A stretch of 64,000 nucleotides of DNA from Bilabrum cf. latius. Lineage: Eukaryota. The notes under the pieces are model-generated. The model searched no databases and was not told the origin of the DNA. It was given only the letters and a program-made list of their open reading frames with translations. This document shows, piece by piece, positions 48,268 through 59,254 of this stretch. Location of the stretch: the NCBI GenBank assembly GCA_965178125.1, contig OZ237745.1, positions 930,001 to 994,000 of the forward strand, read 5' to 3'. Numbering within the stretch: the stretch's first letter is position 1; every line of letters begins with the position of its first letter. Made by a program: the position numbers and the translations under genes.

Positions 48268-50393
48268 TCAGGCCCAGGTGTCTGCTTCCTCCAGCCCCCA
48301 GGCCAGAGCATCGTCCCCGTCGCACGCGAGGTCCTCCTCCCTCGCGATCTCCGACTCCCCGCACGCCCTGGCAGCCGTAGCACCCAGGTACTTTACCATG
48401 TACGGGCCTTCCAGGTGGTACCCCAGCTTCCGGTAGTAGTGCCTCGTGCCCACCCCCGAAATAACGGCCAGCTTGTCGCTCCCGTGCTCCTCGAGCGCAA
48501 TTCGCTCCGCTTCCTCCATCAGCAACGCGCCGTAGCCCTGGTGCTGGAACTTGGTGGGGTCCCGCGCGTGCACCGGCACCGCGCTGCCGTACACGTGCAG
48601 CTCCCGCACGATGGAGCACCTCACTGACAGGCCGGGATCCAACGACGCGTCCTCGCTCTCGCCCGCTCCAGAAGCAGAGGACGTGGCTGATGCCCCGGGC
48701 GTCAAAGGGGCGGTCGAGGGCCGGCCTTGGGCCGCACCTCTTCGCGCGAGCCTTCGTCGCGCCAAGTGCTCCGGCAGCTTGGGCGGCCTGCTCGCGTCAT
48801 CGCCTGTAGGTTTACCCGCCTTGGTCAGCTCTGGCCTGAACGCAGCCGCGCCGTTCTTCCTGAGCCGGACCATGCCCACCAAGATATCCTGCTGCGGGTC
48901 TTCATAGGCGATGAATGTCTCCCAGCCCCCGTTGGCGGCGTAGTCTCTGCGCACGAGCTCCACCTGATCTGGCCGGATCCTCTGGTGAATGTCCTTCATC
49001 CCCACCTCCCTGTTCCGCACGTCCCTGCAGGGCATGCCCAGGTCCCTCATGCGCGCGTGCGCCAGCTCCCTGAGGTTGCCCTTCTCAACGCCGCTCGTGA
49101 CCAGCGGCATGGGGATGTCACGCTGCACCCTGTACACGCGCACCCACGGCGGGATGAGCGCCAGGACACGCGCCACGAGGTCCACGAGCACCTCGGGCGG
49201 GTAGTTCCTGTACGCGCCCGTCTTCCAGAGCTCGTATAGCCCGGTGCCACGGATGACCAGCGTTGGGTAGATCTTGAGTCCGTCGGGCCTGAAGGCAGGG
49301 TTCTCGAACAGCTCCTGGAAGCCCTCGATGTCCCTTTCGAAGCCCATGTTCGGGAGGTCGGGCATCATGTGAGTCACCACCTTGTACCCGCACTCCTTGG
49401 CCAGCTCGAACGAGTGACAGACGGCAGCCACGGTGTGCCCTCGGTTGGTGTCCCTGGCCACGTCCTCGTACACGGACTGCACGCCGATCTCGATCCTGGT
49501 GCAGCCGTAGGACAGCATGTCGTTGAGGTGAGGCCGCAGGCAGTAGTCGGGCCGCGTCTCGATGGTGATCCCGATGCACTTGACCCTGGATTGCTCGCTG
49601 TAGTATACGGCCTCTTCTATGCTCGAGCTGGAGTGGCCCGAGAGGGCGTCGTGCAGGTTGCGGATGAACCAGTCCTTGTAGCCCTTGTCCAAGGACAGGA
49701 AGGTTCCTCCCATCACGATGAATTCTACCTTGTCTACCGTGTGTCCCAGCTGCTCCAGCTGCTCGACCCGGTCCCTTGTCTGCTCCCAAGGATCGTACCG
49801 GCTGCGGATGGCTCGCATGCTCGTGGGCTCGTACCCCGTGTACGCCTGTGTCGAATACTCGAAGTCGCTATCCGGGCCCCCAGGGCAGTACACGCAAACG
49901 TTCCCGGTAAACTGAATGTGGGGGCAGCGGTGCGGCTTGCACATGACTGCCACCACAGAGATTCCGCTTGCAGCACGCACCGGCTTGAGCATCAGGAACG
50001 GCTTCAGTTTGTCCTTGTAAGCGTCAGGTATTGCTGTCAAAATATCCACAACCTTTGGGGTTCCATTGAACCCGTGGCGCTGCGAGACCTGCGTCTTCAG
50101 CTTCGAAAGGTTCAGAGGTGACCTTTTCTCGTATGCGTTTATAATCGCCTTAACGATGTCTGCGACAGTCGCTAGGTACGCCGCCCGCTACGAAAACTCT
50201 GCGAAGAATTGGATGCGGTGGTTAGGTATACATGCTAGCGCTGCCGCAATACCCGGCGATTCGCAGGACCTAATCATAATTCTAGGTGCGCCTCACTCAT
50301 GCCAGTCTTGAGCCCAATCATGTTCCCAGCCGGAGGTAGGCCGACCTCTCCACCTACCCCTTGCATTGAATCAGATTTGCCGCCACCAGGCAT
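48268..50393 (-). CDS. ELP3: Elongator complex protein 3 (radical SAM + acetyltransferase); 5' exon uncertain
   Basis: [81 protein letters not shown]. Confidence 0.97.
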
Positions 50394-50615
50394 GACAAGC
50401 GGGGCTTCTGTTTCTGGTAAATAAGCAAGAAATGGGAACTGGGCTCGCTGCTTGTTTGTTCCGTAGCTTGAATGCGCGGCGCCGGGAAGACAAGCACGCA
50501 CGTTTCTTGGCCGACTGCACGACTGTTTACCGAATGGCAGTATTTCAAAAGTCCTCAGGTTGATATTTGACTAGTCAAAAGTACTTTCGTCTGAGTATTG
50601 ATACCAGTATTTGCT

Positions 50616-52481
50616 ATGTGGGGGTCCAACGCGCTCCCAGGCAATTTCGGCTTTCATGCTGCTGTTGCCGTTATGACGCTGCTGATGGCTGACAGATGTC
50701 GTGCCATTGAGTGTGACAAAAGTTTATGGTGCCGTCCGGGTGCTTGTGACGCGAGAGGCTGCACTGAGTGCCCCAATAGCGATTATGTGCTTTCCAGACA
50801 GCATTCCGCCCCTTTCACGGCCAGGTGCGTGCTATGCCGGCGGTCAGCTGGATTTCACTGGTACAATAATCGATGCTACCTGCCTTGTCTGCTATAGTAT
50901 CCGCTGTTCAGCTAGGGACAGTGCTTTGGCTGCGGGGCGGGGCAGTATGCCCTCTCCAACGAGCAGTGTGGGAGATGCCACCCAACCTGCAGCCTTTGCT
51001 GGGGGCCTGGCTCGGACCAGTGCCTCGCATGCGCCCGGGATTCAAGCGGACATGAAATAAACTGCGGCTTCTCGTACCCATCTCAAAGCCCGTATCCCGC
51101 TCCGAGCGTCTCGCCGACGCCGCTTCCCGCGGACACGTCGTCGAGCACTGGACCGGAAACCGCCGGGCCCGGGGACTACCCTGCGGTCACAGACCCGCAG
51201 GCTACTCCCTCCATGGAGCTTTCTCCTAGTCCATCAGCCTCGCCTGTTGGTCGCGGCACTGGTGCAGGGACAGATGCAGGCAGCATGGTGGTGGGCGGTG
51301 GTGGAAGGCAGGACGGGAGCGGCGACGCGGAGCAGGGAGAGGGGCAGGGGCGGGCGGGTGGCAGCGACGACGGTCCCATCGCAGTGGATGCAACGGAAAT
51401 CGAAGGAAGTGGTGCAGAAACCGACGGGGACGGTGCATCTCCGGAGATCAGTAGCCGCTTCATCACGGTGATGCTGGCAGCGTTCGGCGTTCCGGTCGGC
51501 ATCGCGGCTTTGATCGTCGGGGGCAGGTGGACCATGAGACAATGCAAGGAAAACCAGGTCAGACCTGGGGTTGGTCCGCGGGATGCGGGCGACGGGGCGG
51601 GGTACGGCAACGGAGGCAGAGGCAGGCAGGTGGTAGAGCTACCTGCTTCGCTGGCAGCCAGAGGCGGGGGGTTCCTTGATTTGGGCCAGCAGGCGCAAGT
51701 GGACGTCGAGTTGGCCAGAGCAGGAGCAACCGCAGGCATGGGGTACAATCGTGTGGATCCTGCTGTGCTTGCCGCCATGTTCGATGGGGCCCTGGACGCG
51801 CGCGCGGAGGGCCGCGGTCAAGACCCGGAACGCATGGTAGGTGTGAACGTGATCGGGGATAACGGTCAGCCGAACGCGATGATTTTGCTGCCGGCAGGCG
51901 CGGCCGACCGGGGCATTTTGGCTGCGATGGGCATTGCAGCTGTCCCTGGCGGTGTCAGAATGCCTGCAGACATGCTCGCCACGGTGGCACAGGCCTCGCA
52001 GAGGGGCAGAGCCATCGCCGTCGGTTGGGCGGACGAGGGTGGTGGTGGTGGCGGTGGTGGTGCGCGGCGCGGTAGGCGGGCGAGACCGGGCCGTCCGTTT
52101 GAAGTGGTGGATACCAGTACAGGCGATTCAGGGGGAAGAGGCGACCCAGCGCAAGCAAGGGAGGCTCTCGTTGTTGGCGACGCATCAGGAGCGACCGCGG
52201 CACAGGCAGCTGCATCGGCTGCCACAGCCACCGCTGCTTCTAGCAGCAGCACAGGTGGTGGTGCCACGCATAGCGACGGCCGCCCGTGCTCGGCGCCATC
52301 ATCCTGCGTCATCTGCTCGTCAGCTCCCGCCACTGTGGTGCTCGTGCCCTGCGGTCACCGGTGCATGTGCCGAGAGTGCGTGGACGCATTTCGATAGCAC
52401 GAAGCGAGCGAGGGCAGGCACGCTAAATGCCCGCTGTGCAGGACTGAAGTCGAGGGCGCGACGGCCTCTGGACCGTCGTGA
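50616..52481 (+). CDS. Single-pass membrane E3 ligase: signal peptide, furin-like Cys-rich ectodomain, TM, C-terminal C3HC4 RING
   Basis: CHPTCSLCWGPGSDQCLAC; TM FITVMLAAFGVPVGIAALIVG; CVICSSAPATVVLVPCGHRCMCREC...*...KCPLCR. The last CxxC lies beyond TAG 52395. Confidence 0.8.
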
Positions 52482-52613
52482 CCTCGAGTGCTTGTTCCTT
52501 GAACGTTAGATGTTAATTGTAACTGCACGGGCTGCACGTGGCATGAGCGCTCGACGCGCCCCGCTCAACCCAGATTGTGTTGCATAGCGCAATCGCAATA
52601 TGGTCAGTTCAGT

Positions 52614-55565
52614 TCACTGGTCCATCGCAGCAAACGTACCAGCCACCGCTGCTGCAGCCAAGACTGATGCAGCTTCCATCAGCATCAGTTTTGTCCAATC
52701 AACAGCCCATGTCGCAGGTGCCTACGACAAAATTCCGTGACTGCACCGCGCGTCCATTGCCAGCACTGCAGGAACGATGAAAGGCACGTAGAACAGGCTG
52801 TCGAACATGCGAGAAAGCACGTGGAACACCCCGGTGCCACCAATCAGCCGCGGCCAGAACAGATTCACGACGCCCATGATGCCTGCAAACACGCCTAGTA
52901 TTTCCACCCATCGAGCCCCGCCCCCCGAGCCGTCGTGGATCACGCTCCCGTCAGAGCCTGTGCTGGTCACCTCGGCCTCCACAGAGTTCCTCGATGGACC
53001 CTTGTCCTTCCTTCGCACGGCAAACACTACTAGGGCCAGCATCCCGGCAGACGCGCATGGCACGTACCACACGCTCGAAGCAGTCATGAGCCACGGATAG
53101 ATGTCTCCGGTGGACGTAGCTGTGCCGGCCACCAGCTCGAGCAGCAGCACCACACCGCACGCGATCCCGATGCAAACTTTGCGGAAGAGGAGCTGGCTCA
53201 CGTCGTGCGCGCCCCGGCGCACCAGACCTGCGCCCGCACCAACACCGGGACGCACTGCGCTGCTGTTTGGTCGAGCAACATTGCGTTCGCCTCCTTCCAC
53301 AACCGAGCAGTCCACCTCTGCCCACATGAGCATGTAGCACGCTCCAGCGAGTGCCATACACAGATGCTGGAGGCGCGGGATCGCAAATATGAAGCCAGCA
53401 GATAGGCCCAGCTGGGCCGAGAGGTACAGTGCATACCACCTGACCACAGGTCGACGGAGCAGCAGCCTCGACAGACCTAGATCCTGCCAGGCGGACTCGG
53501 AAGAGGCTTGGCTAGCGGTCTTGCTTGCCAATACCGGCTACAGCACCATGCATGTGCCAAGCAGTAGGCACGTTGCACCCCATCCAACGAATGCAACCCG
53601 GACAAGGTGGTTCTCGCGTTCTTCCATGGGTTGCCCAAGGTCTAGGTCTGCTGGGGCTCCAGCACGATGCCTCCTATCACTTGTCCAGTCGCCTTCGTTC
53701 GCACTGCTAGCAGGCTCGGGTTGACTAGACTGGAATCGATGAATTTCGCAGCTCGCCAGCTGGAGCGCAAGTCGCACCCAATACAACTCCGCCACAGAGC
53801 GGTCTCCAATCAATTTACCATGCACGGTTACTAGCCGCGGGAGATGAGTTGCCACGTTGCACTGGTCACTGGCCTGCAAGTCGAAGCTGCCAACCGCAGA
53901 GCTCACGACGGAAGTACCTGCCCGCAAGTGTCCGCTCCAGTCACCTAATGTCACGTTGCTGCTGTCTTTAGCCACGACCCAGTGCCTGGCTGCCATGGCC
54001 GGCCTCTCCTGCAGTGCCATCGCGGCAGAGGTGAGAGCCACAGCCCAGGCAGTCCCGTCGCTGGACCCAGCTCCGCTCCCGGTCCCGCAATCGGTGCCAT
54101 CTGGCTGTGTTGCACTCGCTGCAGCACATCTAGCGTCGATTTGACTACACCCCTACTACTTAAGGTCAGCTGCAACTTCGTCAAGGTACTCCGTTCCATG
54201 CACAGCAGCGGATGCTCCCAGCAGCAGAGAGGCCCGCAGGATCTGGTCGGCAATCACCTATGCGATGTGGTGGGCACGCAGCCCATACGCAGCCAGCAGG
54301 CGAGCTTCGCTTCTACTCAGCCAGCTTGACTTCACTACAGGTCCCGACCGGTGCTCGGACGATACAGCGCCTGCATATTTGGTGCTGGTAGCTTTGGGCT
54401 ATTCAACAGGCTCGGAGACGGCTTGGTGCCCGTTGGGCCCTAACCCCCTCGCTTGGTTCTGGTCGGCCTCTGGCGTCCTTCCACCCTCCTCCGACGCGCG
54501 TCCTGCCGATGCAGCCTTCGAAGCGCGGCTGGAACGAACTGCTCCAGCGGCCTCTACCTCTGCCAAGGTCGCATCGATCGCAGGACCGAGAGCCCCCCGC
54601 ACCGCAAGTGCCACCACACTTCTTGCCTGCTCAGCGCCATCCTTCACGGCCTGTCTCATCCTCGCCACTGGAGGGAACAAACCGCCCGGCAGACCGCTGA
54701 AGGGTGCGGCCGCTCGGAACTGCAAAGCGGTCGCAAGCTCGTTCTATTCCAACCGCGTCCCAAAGGACGCATCCAAGGCGCCTTGGAGGATGCGCTAGCT
54801 CACGTCCTCCCAGTGGGCCTTGCTGCCCGCAATTAATAAAGCCGGAGACGCATCCCGTGCTTCGCCGTGGTTTACGCAAGTGGTGCATAACTGCCGCACG
54901 GACTGGGGGTCCATGGGCGCCTGCTGCTCGAGCCACGACGGGACACCGGCTGCAAGTGATGTGTTCGACTGGGCCTCTACGTTGAGCGATGCCAGGCCGT
55001 ACTGCTCGTCTGCACGTGCATCATGCTTTGTGCGCCGGGATATCACGCGATCTTTTCGTTGCATGACTCTAAGTAGCACGTTATTCATCGCCTTTCGTGC
55101 AGCAGGCAACGCTACCACGAACGGATCCATGGGCAAGACGAAACTCAAGTGGTCCTTGCGCGGGTGCACAACTCCGGAATCAGCGAGGCGTACAATAGAC
55201 CCTAAGACTTCCTTATCAGTAGCTAAGATTTCGTCTTTACCCACGCGCCTTACCTGGGTAGAATGCAATGCAAGTAGTTTCAAATGAACAGCAGGCTCTG
55301 CACCACAAGAAAACCGCAGCAATTGGGACAGCATTCCCCGTACTTGTGCTGATATCGGATCCAATACAGTTTCATAAATAAATGATGGTGAAACTCTTTC
55401 CAGCATTGCCTATAGTTGGCTATCTTCCGTTCTCATGGCCAACATGGCATCTTTGCCATCAGAAGATGAGATCACTCCGGCAAGAATGGTCAGGCAGACA
55501 GCAGATATAGCAACTAGAAGCGAAATACAGTATAGACCTGTCCGTTTGATTCTCGCAGATGTCAT
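52614..55565 (-). CDS. Hypothetical membrane protein (~983 aa; N-terminal signal/TM, C-terminal multi-TM)
   Basis: ORFs 54795, 54399, 53538 and 52722 share one frame and are joined only by TAGs. Hydrophobic N-terminus, about 7 C-terminal hydrophobic segments, TGA stop. Confidence 0.65.
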
Positions 55566-55661
55566 TTAACTTCGAAAAAGTGGCACTAAATACTGCCCGG
55601 TGCGGTTCGATTCGGAGTAGCTAATGAGCTATCTCGCCACTTGCAACACAGTACTCCAAGT

Positions 55662-58600
55662 ATGAACTCAAGCGATCCGTAGTATTCGTTGGTATTAGAT
55701 GATGCGTTGGACAAGCAGTGGGACAGGCAGGCTTCAGTCACAAACAGCTCTGGTGGACGGAGCTCACACAAGCATCACAAACGCCACAAATCGAAGAAGC
55801 GAAGCAGAAGGTCTCGTAGGGATATCGATGCGATAGAAGACGAGTCAGAGGATGACGATGGCGAGGAATATCCCAGCAATGGCCCTCCTGAGCCGCCGTC
55901 GGAGGCGCCTGTACGAGCAGCCGAACAGGGCGATACCGCTGAGGTCGAGGCTTTCGAGGCTCGCTTGATGCAAAAGGACCAAGACAAAACTAAAATGACA
56001 GGAGCAGGTCCACGTGGCGAAGGGGTAGTTTCGGAGCAGCTGGAAAGTCTGCCGCAAGACCAACGCCGGGACGCCATGGAAGTGCTCCGAAGGGAAAGCA
56101 GGCGCGCGTACAGAGCGAAAGAGGCCGAGCGAAAGCTAACAGAGTTGCGTGATACCGTCCAGTTTGACTAGGATCTTCTGAGTAAAGGCGAACAGTTCAC
56201 TGCTCGAGAGATGGCCAGGCTGGAGGCGAATCGTGTGAAGCTGCGGCTAGCCGAGCAGGCCATGGCTGGTCTAAGCGGCGCTGCTGAGGAGCAGGAGGAA
56301 ATTGAACGCTTTCGCATCGATGTAGGCCATCTAGATTCGGAGGCAGAGCAGCGAGCCGACGCGAAGGAGCGCCAGCTGCGCCTCGCCGCGAAAAAGTACG
56401 GGAGGTCCAGTGCATTTTCCAAGCAGGCTCAGATGCAGGAGCGCCCCTTGAACGACTACCAGGCATGGGAAGCCGAGCGACTCGAAGCGTCTGGAGTGCG
56501 CAAACCCGGTGCCGGGGCCCAGCAGGGGGCCTCCTCCGGCGCGGGGGCCCCAACGTCATCATCGTCATCCGGCGCAGCTGCCGGCTTGGACGAGCTGGAC
56601 GACTTGGATCCGATGGAGGGCGAGGCAGCCAGCAGTGTGGATCGCGAGCTCGTGGATCTGCTGGGCGACAGCATTGACATGGTGTCTGCGGAGGTTGACA
56701 CCGAGCTGAAGCAGTTCGAGGATGCGCTCAGGCACAAGAGGAGGCGAGCAGGGGCAGGGGCAGGAGACGGGGATGGGGACGAATCCGGTGAGAAACCAGC
56801 CAAGAGGGCGAGAAGTGACGGGGCAGGGGCTGGAGACGAGGACGAAGACGAAGATGCCGTTGTGGAGCGCATTTTGCAGCAGACCGTGTCAAAGCTGAAG
56901 AGAGACAGGGATAGCGAGCGAGGTCACGGCGAGCACGGGGCAGGGGCGGGCAGTCGCTTTGCCAGGCTCAGCAAGTTCGACCAGATACAGCTGGACAGAA
57001 AGAAGCTGCCCATTTATGCAGAGAGGGAAAACTTGCTTCAGCTGATTGCTGAGAATCAGGTCATTGTGATGGTAGGTGAGACGGGCAGTGGCAAGACAAC
57101 CCAGCTCCCGCAGTATCTGCACGAGGCAGGGTATACAAAGTTCGGCAAGATCGGGTGCACGCAGCCAAGGCGGGTGGCAGCCATGTCTGTGGCTACCAGG
57201 GTGGCCGAAGAAGTGGGATCCCCTCTCGGCGACACCGTCGGTTATTCGATCCGATTCGAGGACTGCACGACCGAGAGGACAATGGTCAAGTACATGACCG
57301 ATGGCATGCTGCTCAGGGAGTTCCTAGCAGAGCCCGACCTGAAATCGTACTCTGTGATGATTGTGGACGAGGCGCACGAACGGACGCTGCACACCGACGT
57401 GCTGCTGGGTCTTCTCAAGGATGTGGCAAGGTTTCGGGACGACATCCGGCTGGTGATCTGCTCCGCTACTATCAACGACAAGGCATTCTCGGACTATTTT
57501 GACGGAGCTCCTATCATTCGAGTGAAGGGACGCATGCATAAGGTGGACGAGTACTTTACGAAGGCACCGGAGGCTGACTACCTCGCTGCTGCGGTGGTGA
57601 TGGTGCTACAGATCCACATCAAGCAGCCGCTCCCGGGCGACATCCTCGTATTCCTCAGCGGCCAGGACGAGATCGAGGCGTGCATCGAGATGATCAACGA
57701 GAAAAAACGGGCGCTAGGCACCAAGATCAAGGAGCTCATCGCCCTGCCTATCTATGCATCTTTGCCTCAGGAGCAGCAGGCCAAGATCTTCGAGAAGACG
57801 CCTGAAGGCGCGCGCAAGGTAGTCTTCGCCACGAACATCGCAGAGACGTCTCTAACCATCGACGGGATCGTTCATGTGGTAGACACGGGATTCTGCAAGC
57901 AAAACATGTTCGACCCGCGCACCGGCATGGAGTCGCTATAGGTCGTGCCTGTCTCCAAGGCCTCAGCAGACTAGAGGAAGGGACGTGCGGGGCGCACCCA
58001 GGCCGGCAAGTGCTATCGTTTGTACACCAAGTGGAGCGCGCAGAACGAGCTGCCCGACGAGACCGTGCCCGAGATCCAGCGCACCAACATTGCCAATGTG
58101 GTTCTGATGCTCAAGAGCCTCGGCATCGACGATCTTCTCCACTTCGATTTCATGAATCCGCCGCCAGTGGAGAGCCTCAAGCGAGCCCTGGAGGAGCTGT
58201 TCGCCCTTGGTGCCTTCAATGACAAGGGCCAGCTCACCAAGCTCGGGCGAAGGATGGCCGAGTTTCCCACGGACCCCATGCTCTCGAAGATGATCCTTGC
58301 CTCCGAGGAGCTCAAGTGCACGGCCGAGGTGCTAGTGGTAGCAGCCATGCTCGACGTCAGCGGGCAGGTATTCTTTACCCCCAAAGAAAAGAGGGTGCAG
58401 GCCGAAGCGGCCCGAAAGGCGTTCACGCGCGGGGCCACGGGCGACCACCTGTCCCTGGCTCGTGTCTTTGACCAGTGGGTAGAGTCCGGCGCCACTCGGC
58501 AGTGGTGCAGCGAGAACTTCGTGCAGTTCCGGAGCATGAGGAGGGCAAGGGACATCCGAGACCAGCTGGAGGGGCTGTGTGATCGTGTTGAGATTCCGGT

Positions 58601-59033
58601 GGGCGATCTCCGTTGGGATCTTGTGGCTGTGTCGCGTGCAATCACCGCGGGGTTCTTCTACCACGCCGCGAAGCGATAGCCCAGCGGATCGTATCGCACG
58701 ATTCAGAAGCGTCAGCTCGTTCGTCTGCATCCTTCCTCCTGCCTGGCCCCGAAGCCAGTCAAGAAGGACAAGGATGGCAAGGTGTCGGAGGCAGACGAGA
58801 GGGAAGGTGCACCTCCCCCTGAGTGGGTCATCTACCATGAGCTGGTGCACACCTCGGAGCAATTCATGCGGCAGGTGCAGGAGGTGGACCCCAAGTGGCT
58901 GATCCAGGTGGCGCCCCATGTGTACAGCCAGTCCATGCTGCAGGAGGCCGAGGAGGAAAAGGCAGCCAAACGGCACGAAAAGGCGGCCAGAAAGGGAAAG
59001 CAAGGGGCCGCTACAGGAGGGGCTGGCAAGTGA
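55662..59033 (+). CDS. DHX16: Pre-mRNA splicing DEAH-box helicase, Prp2/DHX16-like (~1123 aa)
   Basis: [57 protein letters not shown]; motif [25 protein letters not shown]. TAGs at 55680, 56169, 57939, 57972 and 58677. Confidence 0.93.
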
Positions 59034-59254
59034 TGCGGGGCGACAGAGTGACCGGACGGTGGTGCGAGGCTGCCAGGCTATATGCGAGTTTCCTCGTGTA
59101 AGCTTTGAAGACGAACAGCTGACTCCTAGACCACACTTATAATTAATCTCCTAGACCACACTTATTGTCGGTTTCAAACACATCAATCCTGGATTACAGG
59201 CAAAATTATCTGCGACCCCGCGCAACTGTGTCGTGCTGCCAGTGCGGCCGACGA

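Noticed and set aside
55600-55620. GGTTCGATTC resembling a tRNA T-loop (searched for a suppressor tRNA-Gln CUA)
   Set aside because: No cloverleaf can be formed around it. I saw no tRNA gene in the window.
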